Shown here: piece after piece, positions 9,242-18,715 of the stretch | Layout: each line of letters starts with the position of its first letter | Position numbering within the stretch: the first letter of the stretch is position 1 | Assembly (NCBI GenBank): GCA_034440375.1 | Contig: JAWXBZ010000058.1 | Coordinates: 1 to 28,926 of the forward strand | Source: Candidatus Eiseniibacteriota bacterium | GTDB taxonomy: Bacteria; Eisenbacteria; RBG-16-71-46; JABDJR01; JAWXBZ01 | Reading direction: 5' to 3' | Length of the DNA: 28,926 nucleotides | Notes under the pieces: generated by a model | What the model was told of the DNA's origin: nothing | The model's database searches: none | Seen by the model: the letters and a program-made list of their open reading frames with translations, nothing else | Made by a program: the position numbers and the translations under genes

Positions 9242-10341
9242 CTCCCCTTTACGAGGTGAACTATCGACTCACCGAAGAAGGTCATCAGGATGAGATAGAG
9301 TCCGCCCGCGAAGGCCAACAGGCGCAACGTCCGCCGGTTCGTGTCGCGGAAGATCCAGGGTGCTCCCGCCATCACCACGCCCAGAACCATCTGGGCCAGC
9401 ATCAGGACCCAGAGCGGGAGGATCTCCAGCGGGTAGTAGATCCAGAAGAAGTACCACTCCGGCTTGATGCCATCGGGAGTCGAACCTTGTGCGATGTAGG
9501 GTTCGAACAGCGGGTAGCTGAACAGCGCCTCGAACGGCAGGCAGAGCCCCAGTGTGAACAGCACCATGAAGGCCACGCCCCACACCTGGAGATCACGGAC
9601 GAAGAAAATCGGGAAGAATTTCTCGCGCCGGCGGGGCGGCTCATCGACGCCGCGGCTCATTCCGTGGAGCTGCACCGACAACAGGTGCAACCCCAGCATT
9701 ATCGCCATGGCAAACGGCAGGATGATGACGTGCAGCGCAAAGAAGCGGCTCAACGTGGCCTGTCCGACCGACGCTTCGCCCTGGATTGTCTCGCGGACCA
9801 GCCGGGGCCACGCTGACATTTCGCCCGGCAGATAGCGGCCAGCCTCCTCGATGGTCTGCAACCCAACCTTCGTGGCGTTGACCGCGATCTGGTGCCACGG
9901 GAGCAGGTACCCGGTGAAACCAAGCACCAGCGTCACGGCAAACAGGCCGAGGCCCGTCAACCAGGTAATCTCGCGCGGCTTCTCGAACGCCTTCATTCCG
10001 AATGTCGTCAGCAGGTGAATGAACACCGAGGCGATCATCATCGAGGAGGACCAGGAATGCATGTTTCGAACAAGACCACCGCCTGGCACATGGGCAGTCA
10101 GATGCTCCACGGAGGCGTGGGCATCACTCACCGTCGGCTGGTAATAAAAGAGCAGCATCAGGCCGGTGACCACCTGGACAAGAAAGAAGAAGAGCGCCAG
10201 CCCCCCCAGGTAATACGCCCAGGAGAGACGGTGCACCGGCACCTCCTTCTTCCGGACCATCGAGTCGAAATTCATCTTCTCGACGGGGAGACGCCCGGTC
10301 AGGAAGTTTCCAAGTTGCCGCAGCGAACCTGTTCGGCTCAT
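9238..10341 (-). CDS. Cytochrome b subunit of a Rieske/cytochrome bc complex (b and subunit IV in one chain)
   Basis: YYLGG, QVVTGLMLLFYY.P, RNMHSW...FIH, REITWLTG, FTGYLLPW, TLSRFFALH...GLH and Qo motif KPEWYF. All four heme-b His are present. Confidence 0.93.
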   Translation of the reverse strand: MSRTGSLRQLGNFLTGRLPVEKMNFDSMVRKKEVPVHRLSWAYYLGGLALFFFLVQVVTGLMLLFYYQPTVSDAHASVEHLTAHVPGGGLVRNMHSWSSSMMIASVFIHLLTTFGMKAFEKPREITWLTGLGLFAVTLVLGFTGYLLPWHQIAVNATKVGLQTIEEAGRYLPGEMSAWPRLVRETIQGEASVGQATLSRFFALHVIILPFAMAIMLGLHLLSVQLHGMSRGVDEPPRRREKFFPIFFVRDLQVWGVAFMVLFTLGLCLPFEALFSYPLFEPYIAQGSTPDGIKPEWYFFWIYYPLEILPLWVLMLAQMVLGVVMAGAPWIFRDTNRRTLRLLAFAGGLYLILMTFFGESIVHLVKGR

Positions 10342-10345
10342 GTCA

Positions 10346-11659
10346 TCACCCTCGATCCGCTGGTTTGGTCAGGAAGAGGGTGCAGCCCGCCAGTGGCATC
10401 GGATCACTCGCTCCCTGGATTGGTTGTCCCGGTTCCTTCCGGGCCATGATCGTCCCGGCCCCGTCCATCAGCGCCCACCCGATCTCGGGTAGCGGCACCG
10501 TGGCCGGCGCCCCGGCGTTCGGCTGGCCGGTTCGGACATCGAAATAGGAAATGTGGCAGGGACAGAGAATCCGTCCCTGGGCGTCGATCTCGCTGCCGAC
10601 CGTGCAGCCGAGATGCGTGCACTTGGCCGAGCGAACGATCGGCCATCCATCGGAACCCTTGAAGGCCAGGCCGGGAGCCATGTCGTAGTCGATAAAGTAG
10701 TGTCCCTTCACTTCCGACAAGTCAGCCTGGCGGGCCACCTGGATGAAAGTGCTCCTCCGCCGTTCCAGCTCGAGGGCCCGCTCCTCCGCCGACAGTTGAA
10801 GGCGGACCAGCTTCTTCTGCAGCAGCATGGCCTCCGCCTCGCCATCCGGTGCCGGCCCCTTGAAGAAGTTCACGGCCTTTTCCGACACGCCGATGGCCAG
10901 AAGGCCGGAGGCTCCGGCGATCCCGAGGCCTCCCTTCAGGAACTCGCGCCGGCTGTCCGCCCTCGCCCTGGCCAGCGCCGGCTGTTCGCCGCGCCGCATC
11001 GTGGTCCAGATGACCAGCTGCGGCGCCCGCCACAGATAGGAAAGCGGCAGCGCCAGCAGGTGAATCAGCCTGGTGAAGGGGAGCAGAAGAATGAGGAGCC
11101 ACGCGCCGATCAGGTGCAGCTTGAAAACCAGCGGCAGATCGGCGACCAGCGTCATGTCCGGATGAATCGTCAAGAGGCTCCAGAGATAAGGGACCGCCGT
11201 GCCCATCCCCCACGCCGCGCCGTAGCGGAGTTGAACGGCCGTGAGGAGTCCGACGGCGACCTGTGCCAGGAGCAGCCCCGCCACGACCAGATCCATCGTG
11301 GTGGTCACCGCCTGCACCCGCCCCGAAGTCACCCGCCGCACGATGAGGAGCGAAAGACCGACGAGCGATAGGACGGCGGCGGCCATCCCCACAATTTCGA
11401 TCGCGACGAGCGCACCGGGCACGGCCAGAATTGCCTTCCAGACGCCGGGAAGCAGAAAGGCCACGATGTGTCCCAGGAGAACGACAAAGATTCCGATGTG
11501 CCACGGTGCGGAGCCGAGCAACAACTGCCGGTGCTCGAGGAACTGGGAGGAACGGGCTGAGTAACTGAAGCGATGCGCCCGGAGGCGCCAGTAGCTGCCG
11601 ACAATTGCCGTGGTGATAGCCAGGTATGGCAGGCCGATGAGCAGGAAGGCGTCAAGCAC
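10346..11659 (-). CDS. narI: Respiratory nitrate reductase gamma subunit fused to a Tat-motif TM helix and a Rieske [2Fe-2S] domain
   Basis: Residues ~1-220 are NarI (SSQFLE, WH.G..VVLLGH, FKLH...LPFTRLIH; 4 heme His). SRREFLK lies at residue 236 (nt 10934-10954), followed by a hydrophobic helix. CTHLGC (10604-10621) and CPCHISYF (10541-10564) are in the same uninterrupted frame. Confidence 0.92.
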   Translation of the reverse strand: MLDAFLLIGLPYLAITTAIVGSYWRLRAHRFSYSARSSQFLEHRQLLLGSAPWHIGIFVVLLGHIVAFLLPGVWKAILAVPGALVAIEIVGMAAAVLSLVGLSLLIVRRVTSGRVQAVTTTMDLVVAGLLLAQVAVGLLTAVQLRYGAAWGMGTAVPYLWSLLTIHPDMTLVADLPLVFKLHLIGAWLLILLLPFTRLIHLLALPLSYLWRAPQLVIWTTMRRGEQPALARARADSRREFLKGGLGIAGASGLLAIGVSEKAVNFFKGPAPDGEAEAMLLQKKLVRLQLSAEERALELERRRSTFIQVARQADLSEVKGHYFIDYDMAPGLAFKGSDGWPIVRSAKCTHLGCTVGSEIDAQGRILCPCHISYFDVRTGQPNAGAPATVPLPEIGWALMDGAGTIMARKEPGQPIQGASDPMPLAGCTLFLTKPADRG

Positions 11660-12323
11660 GGCGCAGGTCCTTCCCGCCGGGAGCGGGGCATCCGCAGGCC
11701 CCGCCGGCGGGTGAACAGGACCCGACCGGGCGGGCCGCCGCAGCCAGCTCTGCGGCGGCGGCCGGGCCGGGATGGAGCTCCTGCAGCGTCGCCTGGATCG
11801 CGCCCACCAGGTCCCGGTAGGGATTGGTCTCCGGCAGGGACGCCATCATCCGCCCCACCGGCCCGAACAACACATGCTCGACCAGCTCGTGCCGTTCGTC
11901 CTCGTCGGCAGCCTCTCCCAGAAAGCGGAGCAGAACCGCCAGGTGATCGGGCAGTTCACCGCCGGTCGAGAAATCGATGGCGGCGAATCGGGCATTCAGC
12001 GCGGCCATGAAGGCGCCCCGCTTGAAGTTTTCCTCACCGAACAGATGGATGGTCACGTACGGAACGCATTGCCGCGACATGTCGAATGTGGCGGCATGAA
12101 GTTCCTCCCGCGAAGCGGACGTCCGGGCCACCATGGCCTTTGCGAATCGATCGAGATGGTGCCCGGCATCAGACAGCCCGGCTTCGTGTAGCGCCGCCCG
12201 TGCCGCCCCAAGCCGGCTGTCCCAATCGTCCGATGGGTACGCAAGGAGCGGCGCGAACGCCTCGTACCGCATGGCCGTCACCGTCACACCTGCCGGACCA
12301 GTCCTGTCGATTCGCGCGGTCAT
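11652..12323 (-). CDS. narJ: Nitrate reductase molybdenum cofactor assembly chaperone
   Basis: LLAYP, TFD, RGAFM..L and ELPDHLAVLLRFL motifs. Positioned between narH and narI. Confidence 0.88.
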   Translation of the reverse strand: MTARIDRTGPAGVTVTAMRYEAFAPLLAYPSDDWDSRLGAARAALHEAGLSDAGHHLDRFAKAMVARTSASREELHAATFDMSRQCVPYVTIHLFGEENFKRGAFMAALNARFAAIDFSTGGELPDHLAVLLRFLGEAADEDERHELVEHVLFGPVGRMMASLPETNPYRDLVGAIQATLQELHPGPAAAAELAAAARPVGSCSPAGGACGCPAPGGKDLRRA

Positions 12324-13828
12324 GAGGCCTCCCCCCCCTTCGAACCCTTGTTCACCGGGTAGTCGTCAAATCCGGCGCATCCTTTGCACACCTCCGGGCT
12401 GCAGGTCGACTCAATCGCCTCCTCCCGTTGCAAGGGAGGCAGCACGTAGCGCTGATACTGGGTCGGGATGGCCGTCATGCGATAGATGGCTTCCGCTTCG
12501 GCTGCCGTTGTGCTCGCCTCCCTCAGGATCCGATGGACATGATCGGCTGGAACATCCTTCACCGATTCAAGACGCTTCAGGTAGCGCACCGCCATCAGCT
12601 TCTTCAGGGAGGCCTCGACGACTTCTGTATTGCCGGCACTGAAGAGGCTGGCCAGGTATCGGATCGGCAATCGCGCCTCATTAAGCCCCGAGAAGAATTC
12701 CTCGCCGGCGTGCCCGTAGGTCCCCTCGCCGATTCGTCCCATGACCGGCAGCAGCGGCGGCACATAAAAGAGCATCGGCATCGTTCGATACTCGACATGA
12801 AGCGGCAGGGCCAGCTTCCACTCCATGACGTACTTCCAGACCGGTGAATTCCGCGCCGCATCCAGGAACTCGTCGCTGATCCCGTTACGTTTCGCCGCCG
12901 CCAGCACCACCGGGTCGTTCGGATCCAGGAGCACGCTTCGCTGTGAGTCGACCAGGGCCCGATCGGGCACCTGCATTGCCGCCGGTATCCGGTCGGCGTC
13001 GTACAGCAGGACGCCCAGGTAACGGATACGGCCGACGCAGGAGTGAAAGCAGGCCGGCGGCTGTCCCGTCTCCAACCGGGGGAAGCAGAGGATGCATTTC
13101 TCCGATTTTCCGGTCTTCCAGTTGTAGTAAATCTTCTTGTACGGACAGGCCGCCACGCAGGCCCGCCAGCCGCGGCACTTGTCCTGGTTGATCAGGACGA
13201 TGCCGTCCTCCCCCCGCTTGTAAATGGCTCCCGACGGACAGGCCGCCACGCAGCTCGGATTGGCGCAGTGATTGCAGATGCGAGGCAGGTAAAACATCGT
13301 CAGCCGCTCGACGTCGAAGAGCATCGCCCGCTCCTCGGAGGTCAGGGCGTCCAGATTGATGTCGTTAGCGGCATGAACCGGAGAGCCCGACAGATCATCG
13401 TCCCAGTTCGGGCCCGAGCGGATCTCCATCGGCTCGCCGGTGATCTGCGAGATGGAAATGGCCGTCGGCTGATCATCACCGGCCGGTGCTGTGAATAGAT
13501 CCTCGTACTTGTAGTTGAACGGTTCGTAATAGTCTTCCAGGGTCGGCTGATTCGGGTTATAGAACAGCTTCAGGAAGGCGTCCGCCCTGTTCTGACACCG
13601 CAACTCCAGCCTGCCGTTCGCCCCCATCTTCCAGCCGCCCTGGTATCGCTCCTGATCCTCCCAGCGATCCGGGTATCCGGTGCCTGGTTTTGTCTCGACG
13701 TTATTCCACCACATGTATTCCGCGCCGGGGCGGTCGGTCCATACGTTCTTGCAGGCAACACTGCAGGTATGGCACCCGATGCACTTGTCGAGATGAAAAA
13801 CCATGGCCACATGGGCGCGGACGTCCAT
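12320..13828 (-). CDS. narH: Respiratory nitrate reductase beta subunit
   Basis: LDKCIGCHTCSVACKNVW, LPRICNHC.NPSCVAACPSG, CRGWRAC...CPYKK ([3Fe-4S] Trp variant) and KSEKCILC...C..SC. Confidence 0.97.
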   Translation of the reverse strand: MDVRAHVAMVFHLDKCIGCHTCSVACKNVWTDRPGAEYMWWNNVETKPGTGYPDRWEDQERYQGGWKMGANGRLELRCQNRADAFLKLFYNPNQPTLEDYYEPFNYKYEDLFTAPAGDDQPTAISISQITGEPMEIRSGPNWDDDLSGSPVHAANDINLDALTSEERAMLFDVERLTMFYLPRICNHCANPSCVAACPSGAIYKRGEDGIVLINQDKCRGWRACVAACPYKKIYYNWKTGKSEKCILCFPRLETGQPPACFHSCVGRIRYLGVLLYDADRIPAAMQVPDRALVDSQRSVLLDPNDPVVLAAAKRNGISDEFLDAARNSPVWKYVMEWKLALPLHVEYRTMPMLFYVPPLLPVMGRIGEGTYGHAGEEFFSGLNEARLPIRYLASLFSAGNTEVVEASLKKLMAVRYLKRLESVKDVPADHVHRILREASTTAAEAEAIYRMTAIPTQYQRYVLPPLQREEAIESTCSPEVCKGCAGFDDYPVNKGSKGGEAS

Positions 13829-16800
13829 CAGAACACCACCTTCGAGAGTTTCTTCACGACGACGAAGGTGTCCCGATTCACGCCGGGAGGCCCCCAGTAA
13901 TTGAAGGCGTAGGTGAACTGCGCATAGCCACCAATCATGAACAGCGGCTTCAGCCGGGTCCGGGTCAGGCTGTTATGCCCGCCGGCGCGGCGGTTCCCGC
14001 GTTCGGGCGATTTTGGCACGCCGATCGTCCGTTCCGGCGCGTGGTACAGCAGGCAGATGCCTGCCGGAATGCGCGCGCTGACGATGACCCGCGTGGCCAC
14101 GACGCCGTGGTCGTTGAACGCCTCGACCCAGTCGTTGTCCACGATCCCGATGCGCTCGGCATCCCGGTCGTTGATCCAGATCGGATAACAGCCACGGGAC
14201 AGCGTCTTCATGCGCAGCGAGTCGCCGAAGGTCGAATGGATATGCCACTTGCCATGCGGCGTCAGGTAGTTGAGCACCAGGCACTCGCCGCTGGATGGCG
14301 TCTGCTCCAGATCGCGTGCCTGGCGCCGATCGGCCCGCGGTTTGAACGTCGGCAGGTGCTCGCCGTAGGCCCGGTACGCCTCGTGATCCAGGTAGAGATG
14401 CTGTCGGCCGGTTTGCGTACGCCAGGGGATCGATTCCTCGACGTTTTGGCAGAAGGCGGCATAGGTCCGCTTGCCGTTGGTGATGCCGGTCCAGAATGGC
14501 GATGTCAGCGTCCGGCGCGGCTGGGCCACCAGGTCATCGAACGTGTAACGGACGCCACGGCTGTCGGCGGCCAGGTGCGCGTGCGAAATCCCGGTCTTGA
14601 TCGACTCCGCGGCAAAGGCCCTGAAGGCCAGCTCGCCGTTGGTTTCGGGGGCGAAGTGCAGGATGACCTCGCAGACGTCCCGGTCATCGCGCAGGCTGGG
14701 ATACGTGCCGCCCCCCCATGTCCGGGTTGGGTGCGTCGTCCGATACGCATCGTACAGATCGTCCACATCGAAGTGAGTGCCGTGCATCGACAGGCCGTTG
14801 TTTCGAAAATTGGGCCCGAGTGATTCGAATCGGTTGAGAAGATTGGCGTAGTCCCGCTGGACGACCTTGATATTCGGCATCGTCTTCCCGGGAATAGCCG
14901 GACACTCCCCCTTGGCCCAGTCCCGGATGGTCAACTGGGCGAGCTCGGCCTTTGTGTCATGCAGAAGCGGCGTCACCACGATGTCCTTTACCGGCCCGTC
15001 AAAGTACTTTGGCGCCAGACGAGCGGTGGCGGCCGCGATGCCGCGGAAAATCTGCCAGTCGCTCTTCGATTCCCAGCAGGGGGGCACGGCGGCCTGCAGC
15101 GGATGGATGAAGCTGTGCAGGTCGGTCGAGTTGAGATCGTCCTTCTCGTAGTAGGTGGCGGCAGGCAGGACGATGTCGGAGTAGAGCGCGGAGGTGTCCA
15201 TTCGGAAGTTCAGGTCAACGACCAGATCCATCTTTCCGGTCTCGATCTTGTCACGCCAGGTGACATCACTGACCTCGCCTTTTGCCACCTCCTCGGCAAT
15301 GCAGTTGTGATGAGTGCCCAGGTAGTGCTTGAGGAAGTATTCGTGCCCCTTGGCCGAGGACATGAGCGCATTACCCCGCCAGATATAGAAGACGCGAGGG
15401 AAGCATTCGGGATCGTCCGGGTCCTCCATCGCGAACTTCAATGTCCGATCCGTCAACTGGCGAACCACGTGATCGACGATCTCCCCGTCTGTTCCGGCAC
15501 CGGCGGCCTCCGCCTCGCGCAAGACCTGAGAATTGCTCCGCGTGAACTGGGGATAGCAGGGGAGCCAGCCAAGCCTCACCGCCATGGCCTGCTTGTCGGC
15601 GGTATGCCCGCCGGCCATCGGATGTTCCGACTGATCGACCGGACAGATTTCCCCGAAGGCACGGTCGTATCGCCATTGGTCCGAGTGGATGTAGTGGAAG
15701 GAGGGGGCGTTTTGTTGCCGGGGCGGGCCGCCCCAGTCGGTTCCGAAAGCGATCGGCGCCCAGGAGGTCTGCGGCGTCAGTTTTTCCTGCCCGACGTAGT
15801 GGTTCCACCCCCCCCCGTTCTTGCCGACGCAACCGCAGAAGATGAGCGCGTTGATCACCGACCGGTAAATCAGGTTGTTGTGATACCAGTGGTTGACTCC
15901 GGCACCGATGATGACGCTGCAACGCCCCCCGGTCTGCTCGGCCGTGGTGGCCCACTGTCGGGCGAAGTTGATCGCCACGTCGGCAGCGACGCCGGTGAAT
16001 CGTTCCTGCCAGGCCGGTGTGAAGGGATGCGTGTCATCGTCATATCCGCCGGGCCACTCGCCGGGTAGTCCCCGGTCGATGCCGTACTGGGCGAAATAGA
16101 GTTCCATGACCGTTGTGATCGCCACCTCGCCATCGACCGTCCTGATCCGCCGGACAGGGACGTGGCGGACATGTGATTGCGTGTTCGTCCCCTTGGAAAA
16201 GTCGACAATTCGAATCGGCAGGGTCTCGGCGGTCGCTCCCTTGAGTTCGAGCTGCGGCCGGATGGGCCGACCATCAACGTCTTCGAGCTTCAGATTCCAC
16301 GCACCCTTGGACTCCTGCCAACGGTGCCCCACGGTCCCCTGGGGCATGACCGGTTCGTCGGTCGCTTCGTCCAGGACAAAGTACTTCCAGTCGGCGTTCT
16401 CAACCGTGCGCGTGGCCTCGAGGCGGCTGGCCCGCAGGAGTGGTCCGGGCCGATAGGTGCCGTCCGGCTGCGGGTCGAGCGTCACCAGGAAAGCCGCATC
16501 GGTGAACTTCTTCATGTAATCATGAAATTCGGGCACACAACGCCCGGCGTAGAACTCCTTCAGGATGACGTGACCGACCGCCATCCAGAAGGCCCCGTCG
16601 CTTCCCTGGTGCAGCGGAATCCATTCGTCGGCGATTTTCGAAGTCTGGCTGAAGTCCGGCGAGAAGACGACGACCTTGGCCCCGGCGTGGCGGGCCTCGA
16701 CCAGGAAATGCGCGTCGGGCGTCCGCGTCATGAGCACATTCGATCCGACCGTGGCGATGAATTTGGAGTGGTACCAGTCGGCGCTTTCGGCCACGTCCGT

Positions 16801-17457
16801 CTGCTCACCCCAGATCTCGGGAGAGGCGGGCGGCAGATCGCAATACCAGTCATAGAACGACAGCGACACGCCTCCCATCAATTGACAGAAGTGCGCGCCG
16901 GCGGCGTAGCTGATCATCGACATGGCCGGAATCGGCGAGAAACCGACGATGCGATCGGGTCCGTAACGGCGGATCGTATGGAGATTGGCCGCCGCCATGA
17001 TCTCGTTGACCTCGTCCCAGCCGGCCCGGCGCAGCCCCCCCTTGCCACGCGCCACCAGGTAGGACTTGCGCGCCGCCGGGTCGTCGACGATCGAAGCCCA
17101 GGCGGCAACCGGATCTTCCGGATGCTGCCGACGCGCCCGGCGCCACAGGTCCAGCAAAACGCCGCGGACATGGGGATACTTCACCCGCAGCGGGCTGTAG
17201 ATGTACCAGGAGTAGGAGATGCCACGCTGGCAGCCACGCGGTTCATAGGGCGGAATCTCGGTATCCAGAATCGGATAATCGAGTGCCTGCAGTTCCCACA
17301 CGACGATGCCGTTCTTGACGAAAATGTCCCAGCTGCACGAGCCGGTGCAGTTCACACCGTGCGTGCTGCGCACCTTGCGATCGTAGGACCAGCGATTCCG
17401 ATAGAAGGACTCCCAGGTCCGATCCTCCGGTGCAAAGACGTCCTTGATCCAGCCCAC
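13828..17457 (-). CDS. narG: Respiratory nitrate reductase alpha subunit (cytoplasmic type, no Tat signal)
   Basis: [15 protein letters not shown]...EPRGCQRG (FS0), [23 protein letters not shown] (Mo-Asp), [10 protein letters not shown] and FNYWGP.G.NRD. 1209 aa, GTG start. Confidence 0.97.
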   Translation of the reverse strand: MGWIKDVFAPEDRTWESFYRNRWSYDRKVRSTHGVNCTGSCSWDIFVKNGIVVWELQALDYPILDTEIPPYEPRGCQRGISYSWYIYSPLRVKYPHVRGVLLDLWRRARRQHPEDPVAAWASIVDDPAARKSYLVARGKGGLRRAGWDEVNEIMAAANLHTIRRYGPDRIVGFSPIPAMSMISYAAGAHFCQLMGGVSLSFYDWYCDLPPASPEIWGEQTDVAESADWYHSKFIATVGSNVLMTRTPDAHFLVEARHAGAKVVVFSPDFSQTSKIADEWIPLHQGSDGAFWMAVGHVILKEFYAGRCVPEFHDYMKKFTDAAFLVTLDPQPDGTYRPGPLLRASRLEATRTVENADWKYFVLDEATDEPVMPQGTVGHRWQESKGAWNLKLEDVDGRPIRPQLELKGATAETLPIRIVDFSKGTNTQSHVRHVPVRRIRTVDGEVAITTVMELYFAQYGIDRGLPGEWPGGYDDDTHPFTPAWQERFTGVAADVAINFARQWATTAEQTGGRCSVIIGAGVNHWYHNNLIYRSVINALIFCGCVGKNGGGWNHYVGQEKLTPQTSWAPIAFGTDWGGPPRQQNAPSFHYIHSDQWRYDRAFGEICPVDQSEHPMAGGHTADKQAMAVRLGWLPCYPQFTRSNSQVLREAEAAGAGTDGEIVDHVVRQLTDRTLKFAMEDPDDPECFPRVFYIWRGNALMSSAKGHEYFLKHYLGTHHNCIAEEVAKGEVSDVTWRDKIETGKMDLVVDLNFRMDTSALYSDIVLPAATYYEKDDLNSTDLHSFIHPLQAAVPPCWESKSDWQIFRGIAAATARLAPKYFDGPVKDIVVTPLLHDTKAELAQLTIRDWAKGECPAIPGKTMPNIKVVQRDYANLLNRFESLGPNFRNNGLSMHGTHFDVDDLYDAYRTTHPTRTWGGGTYPSLRDDRDVCEVILHFAPETNGELAFRAFAAESIKTGISHAHLAADSRGVRYTFDDLVAQPRRTLTSPFWTGITNGKRTYAAFCQNVEESIPWRTQTGRQHLYLDHEAYRAYGEHLPTFKPRADRRQARDLEQTPSSGECLVLNYLTPHGKWHIHSTFGDSLRMKTLSRGCYPIWINDRDAERIGIVDNDWVEAFNDHGVVATRVIVSARIPAGICLLYHAPERTIGVPKSPERGNRRAGGHNSLTRTRLKPLFMIGGYAQFTYAFNYWGPPGVNRDTFVVVKKLSKVVF

Positions 17458-17459
17458 GG

Positions 17460-18212
17460 TCAGCCCCTTCCCTTTTGATCCGCGCCGCGGCGCAACGGTC
17501 GGCGGCGGTCGTAGTAGAGGAATAGCCCGGCGAAGACGATTAACGCGCCACCGCCGCCCAGTGCGAGATGATTCGGCGCCGGTGCCCGTGGAGCCGCGGG
17601 ATCAAGCGTGGCGAAGTACGCGACCAGGTGCGCCGCTTCCTGGCGCGCGATCGGGTGCTGCCGGTAATGAGGCGCCATTACCGGGTAGGCCGCGTTTTCA
17701 ATGCCGGAGCGCAGCGGGGTTTCGCCCAGTCGGACGAAGGCATCCGTCAGGTCCGGCCCCAGGCTTCCCCCTCGGCCACCGGCTGCATGGCAGGCCACGC
17801 AGGCCAGGCCCCGCTTGTCGAGCACCTTTCGGCCGAAGAAGAGTTGTTCGCCGATGGCGGCGTTCGGCGGTGCCAGTTCCAAAGCGAACCGGGCCCGGAC
17901 TCGCTCTTCCTCCCGCTTGAAACGCACAAGGGCGTCCGTCGCCCGGAGGAAGGCCGACAGGCTGTCGAGGTCTTCGAGCCCCAGTGGTCCGACGTGCTTC
18001 TCCATTCGTCCGATCGCGGGCCTCAGGACCTCATTGGACCAGGCCGCCACATGCGTCAATGACGGACCGGTCAGACGGGTGCCGTCCAGGGTGTGGCAGC
18101 CGGCGCAACGGGTGAGGAAGGCGGCCGCCGTCGGGTCGAGCGACTGACACGAAGCCGGCCCGGCCTCGACAAGCGCTGAGAGGAGCGCAAGAATGGCGAG
18201 TGAGTGCCTCAA
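17460..18212 (-). CDS. Membrane-anchored diheme c-type cytochrome (NarC-like, as in Thermus narCGHJI)
   Basis: Signal peptide, CAGCH and CVACH, GPSL/GPDL loops, distal Met candidates, and a C-terminal TM. Directly upstream of narG. TTG start overlaps the rrf2 stop. Confidence 0.85.
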   Translation of the reverse strand: MRHSLAILALLSALVEAGPASCQSLDPTAAAFLTRCAGCHTLDGTRLTGPSLTHVAAWSNEVLRPAIGRMEKHVGPLGLEDLDSLSAFLRATDALVRFKREEERVRARFALELAPPNAAIGEQLFFGRKVLDKRGLACVACHAAGGRGGSLGPDLTDAFVRLGETPLRSGIENAAYPVMAPHYRQHPIARQEAAHLVAYFATLDPAAPRAPAPNHLALGGGGALIVFAGLFLYYDRRRPLRRGADQKGRG

Positions 18213-18694
18213 GGCCTCTCCCCCTTTCGGTTTTCCAACCGGACGGCCCGGGTTACTGGAGCGGTGAGGCAGCCGGGTTCAGGTGAAGCCGTTCCGGATC
18301 TCCCCGGCGTGGAGGCCATTTCGGCCAGTGTCCATCGGGACAGCGCCTCCAGAGTTGCATGGTGGACTTCACGCATGGCCCGGTGGAATCCGCAGGTCCG
18401 GCAACCCGGTGAACGGGGGCGGCAGTAGTCGCCGGTGACGGACCCCTGCAAGGCCTCCACTATCTCCAGAAGCCGGATCTCGGCCGCCGGCCGTGCCATG
18501 GTGACCCCACCTTTCGAGCCCTTGTGTGCCACGAGTACGCCGGCACGTACCAGCTGGCCGGTGACCTTGGAGAGGTAGCTTGCGGACAGTCCGAGAGCGC
18601 CGGCCATCGCCCGGGGCGAGGCCGGTTCGCGACGCCGGCGCATGGCCAGGTAGAGCAGAACCTGAACTCCGGTTTCCGTGGTCCTTGTCAGCAT
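18209..18694 (-). CDS. Rrf2-family transcriptional regulator (Fe-S-type)
   Basis: wHTH YLSKV..QLVRAG...G..GG..(M)ARP..EI.LLEIVEAL; C-x6-C-x2-C-x2-H plus a C-terminal Cys; AGGAG RBS. Confidence 0.9.
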   Translation of the reverse strand: MLTRTTETGVQVLLYLAMRRRREPASPRAMAGALGLSASYLSKVTGQLVRAGVLVAHKGSKGGVTMARPAAEIRLLEIVEALQGSVTGDYCRPRSPGCRTCGFHRAMREVHHATLEALSRWTLAEMASTPGRSGTASPEPGCLTAPVTRAVRLENRKGERP

Positions 18695-18715
18695 GCCCCG
18701 CTCCTGTATATAATC

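Noticed and set aside
10190-10230. Heme ci attachment site in cytochrome b
   Set aside because: The sequence is YYLGG, with no Cys at the b6-type position.
13828-17457. Periplasmic (Tat-exported) Nar, or periplasmic nitrite oxidoreductase
   Set aside because: No twin-arginine leader on the alpha subunit. narJ, narI and two narK genes fit cytoplasmic NarG. The reaction direction cannot be strictly proven from sequence.
5935-17478. Long plus-strand ORFs (e.g. 5935-7233, 7212-8747, 13690-14823, 14959-16068, 16177-17478)
   Set aside because: Antisense shadows of well-supported nar genes in high-GC DNA, with no recognisable motifs.
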